The notes beneath the pieces were generated by a model. The model did not search any database, was not told the origin of the DNA, and was given only the letters and a program-made list of their open reading frames with translations. This document shows, in pieces, positions 28,178-43,459 of a stretch of 64,000 bases of DNA. The translations under genes were made by a program, and so were the position numbers. How positions within the stretch are numbered: position 1 is the stretch's first letter; every line of letters begins with the position of its first letter. The stretch lies in NCBI RefSeq assembly GCF_009914755.1, contig NC_060936.1; one strand, written 5' to 3'. This DNA is from the human T2T-CHM13v2.0 reference genome, Homo sapiens.

Positions 28178-29536
28178 CTTTACAAAGACAGTGTCTCCAA
28201 ACTCCTCCATCAAAAGAAAGGTTATACTCTGTGAATTGAACGCACACATCACAAAGTAGTTTCTGAGAATGATTCTGTCTAGTTTTTATACGAAGATATT
28301 TCCTTTTCTACATTTGGCCTAAAAGCGCTTGAAATCTCCACCTGCAAATATCACAAAAAGAGGGTTTCACATCTGCTCTGTCTAAAGGACAGTTCACCTC
28401 TGTGAGTTGAATAGAGGCAACACAAAGAACTTACTCAGTATTCTTCTTTCTAGCGTTCTATGAAGAAATCCCGTTTCCAACGAAGGCCCCAAAGAGGTCC
28501 AAATATCTGCTTGCACACTTTACAGACAGAGTGTTTCCAAACTACTCTATGAAAAGAAAGCTTAAACTCCTTGAGTTGAACGCACACATCACAAAGTAGT
28601 TTCTGAGAATGATTCTGTCCAGTTTTTATACGAAGATGTTTCCTTTTCTACATTTGGTCTCAAAGCGATTGAAATCTCCAACTGGAAACTGCACAAATAC
28701 GGTGTTTCAAATCTGCTCTGTCTAAAGGAAGGTTCAACTCTGTGAGTTGAATACACACACCACAAATAAGTTACTGAGAATTCTTCTGTCGAACATTACT
28801 TGAAGAAATCCCGTTTCCAACGAAGGCCTCAAAGAGGTCCAAATATTCACTTGCAGATATTACAAACAGAGTGTTTCCAAACTGCTCCATCAAAAGAAAG
28901 GTTAAACTCTGTGAGCTGAACACACACATCAAAAACAAGTTTCTGTGAATGATTCTGTCTAGATTTTATAAGAAGATGTTTCCTTTTCTACCGTAGGACT
29001 CAAAGCGCTTGAAATCTCCAGCTGCAAATTCCACAAAAAGGGTGTTTAACATCTGCTCTTCTAAAGGAAAGTTCAACTCTATGAGTTGAATACACACAGC
29101 ACAAAGAAGTTACTGAGACTTCTCCTATCAAACATTATATGAAGAAATCCCGTTTCCAACGAAGGCCTCAAAGAGGTCCAAATATCTGCTTGCAGACTTT
29201 AAAGACAGAGTTTTTCCAAACTGCTCCATCAAAAGAAAGGTTAAACTCCTTGAGTTGAACACACACATCACAAAGTAGTTTCTGTGAATGATTCTGTCTA
29301 GTTTTTATACGAAGATGTTTCCTTTTCTAGCTTTGGTCTCAAAGCGATTGAAATCTCCACATGGAAACTCCACAAAAAGAGTGTTTCAAATCTGCTGTTT
29401 CTGAAGGAAGGTTCAACTCTGTGAGTTGAATACACGCACCACAAATAAGTTACTGGGAATTCTTCTGTGTAAAATTATATGAGGAAATCCCGTTTCCAAC
29501 GAAGGCCTCAAAGAGGTCCAAATATCCACTTGCAGA

Positions 29537-30555
29537 CTTTACAAAGACAGTGTCTCCAAACTCCTCCATCAAAAGAAAGGTTATACTCTGTGAATTGAAC
29601 GCACACATCACAAAGTAGTTTCTGAGAATGATTCTGTCTAGTTTTTATACGAAGATATTTCCTTTTCTACATTTGGCCTAAAAGCGCTTGAAATCTCCAC
29701 CTGCAAATATCACAAAAAGAGGGTTTCACATCTGCTCTGTCTAAAGGACAGTTCACCTCTGTGAGTTGAGTAGAGGCAACACAAAGAACTTACTCAGTAT
29801 TCTTCTTTCCAGCGTTCTATGAAGAAATCACGTTTCCAACGAAGGCCCCAGTGAGGTCCAAATATCTGCTTGCAGACTTTACAGACAGAGTGTTTCCAAA
29901 CTACTCTATGAAAAGAAAGCTTAAACTTCTTGAGTTGAACGCACACATCACAAAGTAGTTTCTGAGAATGATTCTGTCTAGTTTTTATACGAAGATGTTT
30001 CCTTTTCTACATTTGGTCTCAAAGCGATTGAAATCTCCAACTGGAAACTGCACAAATAGGGTGTTTCAAATCTGCTCTGTCTAAAGGAAGGTTCAACTCT
30101 TTGAGTTGAATACACACACCACAAATAAGTTACTGAGAATTCTTCTGTCGAACATTACTTGAAGAAATCCCGTTTCCAACGAAGGCCTCAAAGAGGTCCA
30201 AATATCGACTTGCAGACATTACAAACAGAGTGTTTCCAAACTGCTCCATCAAAAGAAAGGTTAAACTCTGTGAGCTGAACACACACATCAAAAAGAAGTT
30301 TCTGTGAATGATTCTGTCTAGATTTTATAAGAAGATGTTTCCTTTTCTACTGTAGGCCTCAAAGTGCTTGAAATCTCCAGCTGCAAATTCCACAAAAAGG
30401 GTGTTTAACATCTGCTCTTCTAAAGGAAAGTTCAACTCAATGAGTTGAATACACACAGCCCAAAGAAGTTACTGAGACTTCTCCTATCAAACATTATATG
30501 AAGAAATCCCGTTTCCAACGAAGGCCTCAAAGAGGTCCAAATATCTGCTTGCAGA
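29537..30555 (-). repeat. 6-mer HOR variant (ABC)
   Basis: C to A junction at 30556. Confidence 0.9.
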
Positions 30556-31574
30556 CTTTACAAAGACAGTGTCTCCAAACTCCTCCATCAAAAGAAAGGT
30601 TATACTCTGTGAATTGAACGCACACATCACAAAGTAGTTTCTGAGAATGATTCTGTCTAGTTTTTATACGAAGATATTTCCTTTTCTACATTTGGCCTAA
30701 AAGCGCTTGAAGTCTCCACCTGCAAATATCACAAAAAGAGGGTTTCACATCTGCTCTGTCTAAAGGACAGTTCACCTTTGTGAGTTGAATAGAGGCAACA
30801 CAAAGAACTTACTCAGTATTCTTCTTTCTAGCGTTCTATGAAGAAATCCCGTTTCCAACGAAGGCCTCAAAGAGGTCCAAATATCTGCTTGCAGACTTTA
30901 CAGACAGAGTGTTTCCAAACTACTCTATGAAAAGAAAGCTTAAACTCCTTGAGTTGAACGCACACATCACAAAGTAGTTTCTGAGAATGATTCTGTCTAG
31001 TTTTTATACGAAGATGTTTCCTTTTCTACATTTGGTCTCAAAGCGATTGAAATCTCCAACTGGAAACTGCACAAATAGGGTGTTTCAAATCTGCTCTGTC
31101 TAAAGGAAGGTTCAGCTCTGTGAGTTGAATACACACACCACAAATAAGTTACTGAGAATTCTTCTGTCGAACATTACTTGAAGAAATCCCGTTTCCAACG
31201 AAGGCCTCAAAGAGGTCCAAATATCCACTTGCAGACATTACAAACAGAGTGTTTCCAAACTGCTCCATCAAAAGAAAGGTTAAACTCTGTGAGCTGAACA
31301 CACACATCAAAAAGAAGTTTCTGTGAATGATTCTGTCTAGATTTTATAAGAACATATTTCCTTTTCTACCGTAGGCCACAAAGCGCTTGAAATCTCCAGC
31401 TGCAAATTCCACAAAAAGGGTGTTTAACATCTGCTCTTCTAAAGGAAAGTTCAACTCTATGAGTTGAATACACACAGCACAAAGAAGTTACTGAGACTTC
31501 TCCTATCAAACATTATATGAAGAAATCCCGTTTCCAACGAAGGCCTCAAAGAGGTCCAAATATCCACTTGCAGA

Positions 31575-31914
31575 CATTACAAACAGAGTGTTTCCAAACT
31601 GTTCCATCAAAAGAAAGATTAAACTCTGTGAGCTGAACACACACATGAAAAAGAAGTTTCTGTGAATGATTCTGTCTAGATTTTATACGAAGATGTTTCC
31701 TTTTCTACCTTTGGTCTCAATGCGATTGAAATCTCCACATGGAAACTCCACAAAAAGTGTGTTTGAAATCTGCTCTTTCTGAAGGAAGGTTCAACTCTGT
31801 GAGTTGAATAAACACACCACAAATAAGTTACTGAGAATTCTTCTGTGTAACATTATATGAGGAAATCCCGTTTCCAACGAAGGCCTCAAAGAGGTCCAAA
31901 TATCCACTTGCAGA
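31575..31914 (-). repeat. Chimeric C/D dimer
   Basis: Same marker set as 19008, plus gtttgaaatc. Confidence 0.88.
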
Positions 31915-34629
31915 CTTTACAAAGACAGTGTCTCCAAACTCCTCCATCAAAAGAAAGGTTATACTCTGTGAATTGAACGCACACATCACAAAGTAGTTTC
32001 TGAGAATGATTCTGTCTAGTTTTTATACGAAGATATTTCCTTTTCTACATTTGGCCTAAAAGCGCTTGAAATCTCCACCTGCAAATATCACAAAAAGAGG
32101 GTTTCACATCTGCTCTGTCTAAAGGACAGTTCACCTCTGTGAGTTGAATAGAGGCAACACAAAGAACTTACTCAGTATTCTTCTTTCTAGCGTTCTATGA
32201 AGAAATCCCGTTTCCAACGAAGGCCCCAAAGAGGTCCAAATATCTGCTTGCACAATTTACAGACAGAGTGTTTCCAAACTACTCTATGAAAAGAAAGCTT
32301 AAACTCCTTGAGTTGAACGCACACATCACAAAGTAGTTTCTGAGAATGATTCTGTCCAGTTTTTATACGAAGATGTTTCCTTTTCTACATTTGGTCTCAA
32401 AGCGATTGAAATCTCCAACTGGAAACTGCACAAATACGGTGTTTCAAATCTGCTCTGTCTAAAGGAAGTTTCAACTCTGTGAGTTGAATACACACACCAC
32501 AAATAAGTTACTGAGAATTCTTCTGTCGAACATTACTTGAAGAAATCCCGTTTCCAACGAAGGCCTCAAAGAGGTCCAAATATTCACTTGCAGATATTAC
32601 AAACAGAGTGTTTCCAAACTGCTCCATCAAAAGAAAGGTTAAACTCTGTGAGCTGAACACACACATCAAAAACAAGTTTCTGTGAATGATTCTGTCTAGA
32701 TTTTATAAGAAGATGTTTCCTTTTCTACCGTAGGACTCAAAGCGCTTGAAATCTCCAGCTGCAAATTCCACAAAAAGGGTGTTTAACATCTGCTCTTCTA
32801 AAGGAAAGTTCAACTCTATGAGTTGAATACACACAGCACAAAGAAGTTACTGAGACTTCTCCTATCAAACATTATATGAAGAAATCCCGTTTCCAACGAA
32901 GGCCTCAAAGAGGTCCAAATATCTGCTTGCAGACTTTACAGACAGAGTGTTTCCAAACTGCTCCATCAAAAGAAAGGTTAAACTCCTTGAGTTGAACACA
33001 CACATCACAAAGTAGTTTCTGTGAATGATTCTGTCTAGTTTTTATACGAAGATGTTTCCTTTTCTACCTTTGGTCTCAATGCGATTGAAATCTCCACATG
33101 GAAACTCCACAAAAAGAGTGTTTCAAATCTGCTCTTTCTGAAGGAAGGTTCAACTCTGTGAGTTGAATACACACACCACAAATAAGTTACTGAGAATTCT
33201 TCTGTGTAACATTATATGAGGAAATCCCGTTTCCAACGAAGGCCTCAAAGAGGTCCAAATATCCACTTGCAGACTTTACAAAGACAGTGTCTCCAAACTC
33301 CTCCATCAAAAGAAAGGTTATACTCTGTGAATTGAACGCACACATCACAAAGTAGTTTCTGAGAATGATTCTGTCTAGTTTTTATACGAAGATATTTCCT
33401 TTTCTACATTTGGCCTAAAAGCGCTTGAAATCTCCACCTGCAAATATCACAAAAAGAGGGTTTCACATCTGCTCTGTCTAAAGGACAGTTCACCTCTGTG
33501 AGTTGAATAGAGGCAACACAAAGAACTTACTCAGTATTCTTCTTTCTTGCGTTCTATGAAGAAATCCCGTTTCCAACGAAGGCCCCAAAGAGGTCCAAAT
33601 ATCTGCTTGCACTCTTTACAGACAGAGTGTTTCCAAACTACTCTATGAAAAGAAAGCTTAAACTCCTTGAGTTGAACGCACACATCACAAAGTAGTTTCT
33701 GAGAATGATTCTGTCCAGTTTTTATACGAAGATGTTTCCTTTTCTACATTTGGTCTCAAAGCGATTGAAATCTCCAACTGGAAACTGCACAAATAGGGTG
33801 TTTCAAATCTGCTCTGTCTAAAGGAAGGTTCAACTCTGTGAGTTGAATACACACACCACAAATAAGTTACTGAGAATTCTTGTGTCGAACATTACTTGAA
33901 TAAATCCCGTTTCCAACGAAGGCCTCAAAGAGGTCCAAATATTCACTTGCAGATATTACAAACAGAGTGTTTCCAAACTGCTCCATCAAAAGAAAGGTTA
34001 AACTCTGTGAGCTGAACACACACATCAAAAAGAAGTTTCTGTGAATGATTCTGTCAAGATTTTATAAGATGTTTCCATTTCTACCGTAGGACTCAAAGCG
34101 CTTGAAATCTCCAGCTGCAAATTCCACAAAAAGGGTGTTTAACATCTGCTCTTCTAAAGGAAAGTTCAACTCTATGAGTTGAATACACACAGCACAAAGA
34201 AGTTACTGAGACTTCTCCTATCAAACATTATATGAAGAAATCCCGTTTCCAACGAAGGCCTCAAAGAGGTCCAAATATCTGCTTGCAGACTTTAAAGACA
34301 GAGTTTTTCCAAACTGCTCCATCAAAAGAAAGGTTAAACTCCTTGAGTTGAACACACACATCACAAAGTAGTTTCTGTGAATGATTCTGTCTAGTTTCTA
34401 TACGAAGATGTTTCCTTTTCTACCTTTGGTCTCAAAGCGATTGAAATCTCCACATGGAAACTCCACAAAAAGAGTGTTTCAAATCTGCTCTTTCTGAAGG
34501 AAGGTTCAACTCTGTGAGTTGAATACACACACCACAAATAAGTTACTGAGAATTCTTCTGTGTAACATTATATGAGGAAATCCCGTTTCCAACGAAGGCC
34601 TCAAAGAGGTCCAAATATCCACTTGCAGA

Positions 34630-35648
34630 CTTTACAAAGACAGTGTCTCCAAACTCCTCCATCAAAAGAAAGGTTATACTCTGTGAATTGAACGCACACA
34701 TCACAAAGTAGTTTCTGAGAATGATTCTGTCTAGTTTTTATACGAAGATATTTCCTTTTCTACATTTGGCCTAAAAGCGCTTGAAATCTCCACCTGCAAA
34801 TATCACAAAAAGAGGGTTTCACATCTGCTCTGTCTAAAGGACAGTTCACCTCTGTGAGTTGAGTAGAGGCAACACAAAGAACTTACTCAGTATTCTTCTT
34901 TCCAGCGTTCTATGAAGAAATCACGTTTCCAACGAAGGCCCCAATGAGGTCCAAATATCTGCTTGCAGACTTTACAGACAGAGTGTTTCCAAACTACTCT
35001 ATGAAAAGAAAGCTTAAACTTCTTGAGTTGAACGCACACATCACAAAGTAGTTTCTGAGAATGATTCTGTCTAGTTTTTATACGAAGATGTTTCCTTTTC
35101 TACATTTGGTCTCAAAGCGATTGAAATCTCCAACTGGAAACTGCACAAATAGGGTGTTTCAAATCTGCTCTGTCTAAAGGAAGGTTCAACTCTTTGAGTT
35201 GAATACACACACCACAAATAAGTTACTGAGAATTCTTCTGTCGAACATTACTTGAAGAAATCCCGTTTCCAACGAAGGCCTCAAAGTGGTCCAAATATCC
35301 ACTTGCAGACATTACAAACAGAGTGTTTCCAAACTGCTCCATCAAAAGAAAGGTTAAACTCTGTGAGCTGAACACACACATCAAAAAGAATTTTCAGTGA
35401 ATGATTCTGTCTAGATTTTATAAGAAGATGTTTCCTTTTCTACCGTAGGCCTCAAAGTGCTTGAAATCTCCAGCTGCAAATTCCACAAAAAGGGTGTTTA
35501 ACATCTGCTCTTCTAAAGGAAAGTTCAACTCAATGAGTTGAATACACACAGCCCAAAGAAGTTACTGAGACTTCTCCTATCAAACATTATATGAAGAAAT
35601 CCCGTTTCCAACGAAGGCCTCAAAGAGGTCCAAATATCTGCTTGCAGA
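34630..35648 (-). repeat. 6-mer HOR variant (ABC)
   Basis: C to A junction at 35649. Confidence 0.9.
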
Positions 35649-38023
35649 CTTTACAAAGACAGTGTCTCCAAACTCCTCCATCAAAAGAAAGGTTATACTC
35701 TGTGAATTGAACGCACACATCACAAAGTAGTTTCTGAGAATGATTCTGTCTAGTTTTTATACGAAGATATTTCCTTTTCTACATTTGGCCTAAAAGCGCT
35801 TGAAGTCTCCACCTGCAAATATCACAAAAAGAGGGTTTCACATCTGCTCTGTCTAAAGGACAGTTCACCTTTGTGAGTTGAATAGAGGCAACACAAAGAA
35901 CTTACTCAGTATTCTTCTTTCTAGCGTTCTATGAAGAAATCCCGTTTCCAACGAAGGCCCCAAAGAGGTCCAAATATCTGCTGGCAGACTTTACAGACAG
36001 AGTGTTTCCAAACTACTCTATGAAAAGAAAGCTTAAACTCCTTGAGTTGAACGCACACATCACAAAGTAGTTTCTGAGAATGATTCTGTCTAGTTTTTAT
36101 ACGAAGATGTTTCCTTTCCTACATTTGGTCTCAAAGCGATTGAAATCTCCAACTGGAAACTGCACAAATAGGGTGTTTCAAATCTGCTCTGTCTAAAGGA
36201 AGGTTCAACTCTGTGAGTTGAATACACACACCACAAATAAGTTACTGAGAATTCTTCTGTCGAACATTACTTGAAGAAATCCCGTTTCCAACGAAGGCCT
36301 CAAAGAGGTCCAAATATCCACTTGCAGACATTACAAACAGAGTGTTTCCAAACTGCTCCATCAAAAGAAAGGTTAAACTCTGTGAGCTGAACACACACAT
36401 CAAAAAGAAGTTTCTGTGAATGATTCTGTCAAGATTTTATAAGATGTTTCCATTTCTACCGTAGGACTCAAAGCGCTTGAAATCTCCAGCTGCAAATTCC
36501 ACAAAAAGGGTGTTTAACATCTGCTCTTCTAAAGGAAAGTTCAACTCTATGAGTTGAATACACACAGCACAAAGAAGTTACTGAGACTTCTCCTATCAAA
36601 CATTATATGAAGAAATCCCGTTTCCAACGAAGGCCTCAAAGAGGTCCAAATATCTGCTTGCAGACTTTAAAGACAGAGTTTTTCCAAACTGCTCCATCAA
36701 AAGAAAGGTTAAACTCCTTGAGTTGAACACACACATCACAAAGTAGTTTCTGTGAATGATTCTGTCTAGTTTTTATACGAAGATGTTTCCTTTTCTACCT
36801 TTGGTCTCAAAGCGATTGAAATCTCCACATGGAAACTCCACAAAAAGAGTGTTTCAAATCTGCTCTTTCTGAAGGAAGGTTCAACTCTGTGAGTTGAATA
36901 CACACACCACAAATAAGTTACTGAGAATTCTTCTGTGTAACATTATATGAGGAAATCCCGTTTCCAACGAAGGCCTCAAAGAGGTCCAAATATCCACTTG
37001 CAGACTTTACAAAGACAGTGTCTCCAAACTCCTCCATCAAAAGAAAGGTTATACTCTGTGAATTGAACGCACACATCACAAAGTAGTTTCTGAGAATGAT
37101 TCTGTCTAGTTTTTATACGAAGATATTTCCTTTTCTACATTTGGCCTAAAAGCGCTTGAAGTCTCCACCTGCAAATATCACAAAAAGAGGGTTTCACATC
37201 TGCTCTGTCTAAAGGACAGTTCACCTTTGTGAGTTGAATAGAGGCAACACAAAGAACTTACTCAGTATTCTTCTTTCTAGCGTTCTATGAAGAAATCCCG
37301 TTTCCAACGAAGGCCCCAAAGAGGTCCAAATATCTGCTTGCAGACTTTACAGACAGAGTGTTTCCAAACTACTCTATGAAAAGAAAGCTTAAACTCCTTG
37401 AGTTGAACGCACACATCACAAAGTAGTTTCTGAGAATGATTCTGTCTAGTTTTTATACGAAGATGTTTCCTTTTCTACATTTGGTCTCAAAGCGATTGAA
37501 ATCTCCAACTGGAAACTGCACAAATAGGGTGTTTCAAATCTGCTCTGTCTAAAGGAAGGTTCAACTCTGTGAGTTGAATACACACACCACAAATAAGTTA
37601 CTGAGAATTCTTCTGTCGAACATTACTTGAAGAAATCCCGTTTCCAACGAAGGCCTCAAAGAGGTCCAAATATCCACTTGCAGACATTACAAACAGAGTG
37701 TTTCCAAACTGCTCCATCAAAAGAAAGGTTAAACTCTGTGAGCTGAACACACACATCAAAAAGAAGTTTCTGTGAATGATTCTGTCTAGATTTTATAAGA
37801 ACATATTTCCTTTTCTACCGTAGGCCACAAAGCGCTTGAAATCTCCAGCTGCAAATTCCACAAAAAGGGTGTTTAACATCTGCTCTTCTAAAGGAAAGTT
37901 CAACTCTATGAGTTGAATACACACAGCACAAAGAAGTTACTGAGACTTCTCCTATCAAACATTATATGAAGAAATCCCGTTTCCAACGAAGGCCTCAAAG
38001 AGGTCCAAATATCCACTTGCAGA

Positions 38024-38363
38024 CATTACAAACAGAGTGTTTCCAAACTGTTCCATCAAAAGAAAGATTAAACTCTGTGAGCTGAACACACACATGAAAA
38101 AGAAGTTTCTGTGAATGATTCTGTCTAGATTTTATACGAAGATGTTTCCTTTTCTACCTTTGGTCTCAATGCGATTGAAATCTCCACATGGAAACTCCAC
38201 AAAAAGTGTGTTTGAAATCTGCTCTTTCTGAAGGAAGGTTCAACTCTGTGAGTTGAATAAACACACCACAAATAAGTTACTGAGAATTCTTCTGTGTAAC
38301 ATTATATGAGGAAATCCCGTTTCCAACGAAGGCCTCAAAGAGGTCCAAATATCCACTTGCAGA
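38024..38363 (-). repeat. Chimeric C/D dimer
   Basis: Same marker set as 19008, plus tttgaaatc. Confidence 0.88.
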
Positions 38364-41081
38364 CTTTACAAAGACAGTGTCTCCAAACTCCTCCATCAAA
38401 AGAAAGGTTATACTCTGTGAATTGAACGCACACATCACAAAGTAGTTTCTGAGAATGATTCTGTCTGGTTTTTATACGAAGATATTTCCTTTTCTACATT
38501 TGGCCTAAAAGCGCTTGAAATCTCCACCTGCAAATATCACAAAAAGAGGGTTTCACATCTGCTCTGTCTAAAGGACAGTTCACCTCTGTGAGTTGAATAG
38601 AGGCAACACAAAGAACTTACTCAGTATTCTTCTTTCTAGCGTTCTATGAAGAAATCCCGTTTCCAACGAAGGCCCCAAAGAGGTCCAAATATCTGCTTGC
38701 ACACTTTACAGACAGAGTGTTTCCAAACTACTCTATGAAAAGAAAGCTTAAACTCCTTGAGTTGAACGCACACATCACAAAGTAGTTTCTGAGAATGATT
38801 CTGTCCAGTTTTTATACGAAGATGTTTCCTTTTCTACATTTGGTCTCAAAGCGATTGAAATCTCCAACTGGAAACTGCACAAATACGGTGTTTCAAATCT
38901 GCTCTGTCTAAAGGAAGGTTCAACTCTGTGAGTTGAATACACACACCACAAATAAGTTACTGAGAATTCTTCTGTCGAACATTACTTGAAGAAATCCCGT
39001 TTCCAACGAAGGCCTCAAAGAGGTCCAAATATTCACTTGCAGATATTACAAACAGAGTGTTTCCAAACTGCTCCATCAAAAGAAAGGTTAAACTCTGTGA
39101 GCTGAACACACACATCAAAAACAAGTTTCTGTGAATGATTCTGTCTAGATTTTATAAGAAGATGTTTCCTTTTCTACCGTAGGACTCAAAGCGCTTGAAA
39201 TCTCCAGCTGCAAATTCCACAAAAAGGGTGTTTAACATCTGCTCTTCTAAAGGAAAGTTCAACTCTATGAGTTGAATACACACAGCACAAAGAAGTTACT
39301 GAGACTTCTCCTATCAAACATTATATGAAGAAATCCCGTTTCCAACGAAGGCCTCAAAGAGGTCCAAATATCTGCTTGCAGACTTTAAAGACAGAGTTTT
39401 TCCAAACTGCTCCATCAAAAGAAAGGTTAAACTCCATGAGTTGAACACACACATCACAAAGTAGTTTCTGTGAATGATTCTGTCTAGTTTTTATACGAAG
39501 ATGTTTCCTTTTCTAGCTTTGGTCTCAAAGCGATTGAAATCTCCACATGGAAACTCCACAAAAAGAGTGTTTCAAATCTGCTGTTTCTGAAGGAAGGTTC
39601 AACTCTGTGAGTTGAATACACGCACCACAAATAAGTTACTGGGAATTCTTCTGTGTAAAATTATATGAGGAAATCCCGTTTCCAACGAAGGCCTCAAAGA
39701 GGTCCAAATATCCACTTGCAGACTTTACAAAGACAGTGTCTCCAAACTCCTCCATCAAAAGAAAGGTTATACTTTGTGAATTGAACGCACACATCACAAA
39801 GTAGTTTCTGAGAATGATTCTGTCTAGTTTTTATACGAAGATATTTCCTTTTCTACATTTGGCCTAAAAGCGCTTGAAATCTCCACCTGCAAATATCACA
39901 AAAAGAGGGTTTCACATCTGCTCTGTCTAAAGGACAGTTCACCTCTGTGAGTTGAATAGAGGCAACACAAAGAACTTACTGAGTATTCTTCTTTCTAGCG
40001 TTCTATGAAGAAATCCCGTTTCCAACGAAGGCCCCAATGAGGTCCAAATATCTGCTTGCAGACTTTACAGACAGAGTGTTTCCAAACTACTCTATGAAAA
40101 GAAAGCTTAAACTCCTTGAGTTGAACGCACACATCACAAAGTAGTTTCTGAGAATGATTCTGTCTAGTTTTTATACGAAGATGTTTCCTTTTCTACATTT
40201 GGTCTCAAAGCGATTGAAATCTCCAACTGGAAACTGCACAAATAGGGTGTTTCAAATCTGCTCTGTGTAAAGGAAGGTTCAACTCTGTGAGTTGAATACA
40301 CACACCACAAATAAGTTACTGAGAATTCTTCTGTCAAACATTACTTGAAGAAATCCCGTTTCCAACGAAGGCCTCAAAGAGGTCCAAATATCCACTTGCA
40401 GACATTACAAACAGAGTGTTTCCAAACTGCTCCATCAAAAGAAAGGTTAAACTCTGTGAGCTGAACACACACATCAAAAAGAAGTTTCTGTGAATGATTC
40501 TGTCTAGATTTTATAAGAAGATGTTTCCTTTTCTACCGTAGGCCTCAAAGCGCTTGAAATCTCCAGCTGCAAATTCCACAAAAAGGGTGTTTAACATCTG
40601 CTCTTCTAAAGGAAAGTTCAACTCTATGAGTTGAATACACACAGCACAAAGAAGTTACTGAGACTTCTCCTATCAAACATTATATGAAGAAATCCCGTTT
40701 CCAACGAAGGCCTCAAAGAGGTCCAAATATCTGCTTGCAGACTTTAAAGACAGAGTTTTTCCAAACTGCTCCATCAAAAGAAAGGTTAAACTCCTTGAGT
40801 TGAACACACACATCACAAAGTAGTTTCTGTGAATGATTCTGTCTAGTTTCTATACGAAGATGTTTCCTTTTCTACCTTTGGTCTCAAAGCGATTGAAATC
40901 TCCACATGGAAACTCCACAAAAAGAGTGTTTCAAATCTGCTCTTTCTGAAGGAAGGTTCAACTCTGTGAGTTGAATACACACACCACAAATAAGTTACTG
41001 AGAATTCTTCTGTGTAACATTATATGAGGAAATCCCGTTTCCAACGAAGGCCTCAAAGAGGTCCAAATATCCACTTGCAGA

Positions 41082-42100
41082 CTTTACAAAGACAGTGTCT
41101 CCAAACTCCTCCATCAAAAGAAAGGTTATACTCTGTGAATTGAACGCACACATCACAAAGTAGTTTCTGAGAATGATTCTGTCTAGTTTTTATACGAAGA
41201 TATTTCCTTTTCTACATTTGGCCTAAAAGCGCTTGAAATCTCCACCTGCAAATATCACAAAAAGAGGGTTTCACATCTGCTCTGTCTAAAGGACAGTTCA
41301 CCTCTGTGAGTTGAGTAGAGGCAACACAAAGAACTTACTCAGTATTCTTCTTTCCAGCGTTCTATGAAGAAATCACGTTTCCAACGAAGGCCCCAATGAG
41401 GTCCAAATATCTGCTTGCAGACTTTACAGACAGAGTGTTTCCAAACTACTCTATGAAAAGAAAGCTTAAACTTCTTGAGTTGAACGCACACATCAGAAAG
41501 TAGTTTCTGAGAATGATTCTGTCTAGTTTTTATACGAAGATGTTTCCTTTTCTACATTTGGTCTCAAAGCGATTGAAATCTCCAACTGGAAACTGCACAA
41601 ATAGGGTGTTTCAAATCTGCTCTGTCTAAAGGAAGGTTCAACTCTTTGAGTTGAATACACACACCACAAATAAGTTACTGAGAATTCTTCTGTCGAACAT
41701 TACTTGAAGAAATCCCGTTTCCAACGAAGGCCTCAAAGTGGTCCAAATATCCACTTGCAGACATTACAAACAGAGTGTTTCCAAACTGCTCCATCAAAAG
41801 AAAGGTTAAACTCTGTGAGCTGAACACACACATCAAAAAGAAGTTTCTGTGAATGATTCTGTCTAGATTTTATAAGAAGATGTTTCCTTTTCTACCGTAG
41901 GCCTCAAAGTGCTTGAAATCTCCAGCTGCAAATTCCACAAAAAGGGTGTTTAACATCTGCTCTTCTAAAGGAAAGTTCAACTCAATGAGTTGAATACACA
42001 CAGCCCAAAGAAGTTACTGAGACTTCTCCTATCAAACATTATATGAAGAAATCCCGTTTCCAACGAAGGCCTCAAAGAGGTCCAAATATCTGCTTGCAGA
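41082..42100 (-). repeat. 6-mer HOR variant (ABC)
   Basis: C to A junction at 42101. Confidence 0.9.
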
Positions 42101-43119
42101 CTTTACAAAGACAGTGTCTCCAAACTCCTCCATCAAAAGAAAGGTTATACTCTGTGAATTGAACGCACACATCACAAAGTAGTTTCTGAGAATGATTCTG
42201 TCTAGTTTTTATACGAAGATATTTCCTTTTCTACATTTGGCCTAAAAGCGCTTGAAGTCTCCACCTGCAAATATCACAAAAAGAGGGTTTCACATCTGCT
42301 CTGTCTAAAGGACAGTTCACCTTTGTGAGTTGAATAGAGGCAACACAAAGAACTTACTCAGTATTCTTCTTTCTAGCGTTCTATGAAGAAATCCCGTTTC
42401 CAACGAAGGCCCCAAAGAGGTCCAAATATCTGCTTGCAGACTTTACAGACAGAGTGTTTCCAAACTACTCTATGAAAAGAAAGCTTAAACTCCTTGAGTT
42501 GAACGCACACATCACAAAGTAGTTTCTGAGAATGATTCTGTCTAGTTTTTATACGAAGATGTTTCCTTTTCTACATTTGGTCTCAAAGCGATTGAAATCT
42601 CCAACTGGAAACTGCACAAATAGGGTGTTTCAAATCTGCTCTGTCTAAAGGAAGGTTCAACTCTGTGAGTTGAATACACACACCACAAATAAGTTACTGA
42701 GAATTCTTCTGTCGAACATTACTTGAAGAAATCCCGTTTCCAACGAAGGCCTCAAAGAGGTCCAAATATCCACTTGCAGACATTACAAACAGAGTGTTTC
42801 CAAACTGCTCCATCAAAAGAAAGGTTAAACTCTGTGAGCTGAACACACACATCAAAAAGAAGTTTCTGTGAATGATTCTGTCTAGATTTTATAAGAACAT
42901 ATTTCCTTTTCTACCGTAGGCCACAAAGCGCTTGAAATCTCCAGCTGCAAATTCCACAAAAAGGGTGTTTAACATCTGCTCTTCTAAAGGAAAGTTCAAC
43001 TCTATGAGTTGAATACACACAGCACAAAGAAGTTACTGAGACTTCTCCTATCAAACATTATATGAAGAAATCCCGTTTCCAACGAAGGCCTCAAAGAGGT
43101 CCAAATATCCACTTGCAGA

Positions 43120-43459
43120 CATTACAAACAGAGTGTTTCCAAACTGTTCCATCAAAAGAAAGATTAAACTCTGTGAGCTGAACACACACATGAAAAAGAA
43201 GTTTCTGTGAATGATTCTGTCTAGATTTTATACGAAGATGTTTCCTTTTCTACCTTTGGTCTCAATGCGATTGAAATCTCCACATGGAAACTCCACAAAA
43301 AGTGTGTTTGAAATCTGCTCTTTCTGAAGGAAGGTTCAACTCTGTGAGTTGAATAAACACACCACAAATAAGTTACTGAGAATTCTTCTGTGTAACATTA
43401 TATGAGGAAATCCCGTTTCCAACGAAGGCCTCAAAGAGGTCCAAATATCCACTTGCAGA
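43120..43459 (-). repeat. Chimeric C/D dimer
   Basis: Same marker set as 19008, plus tttgaaatc. Confidence 0.88.
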
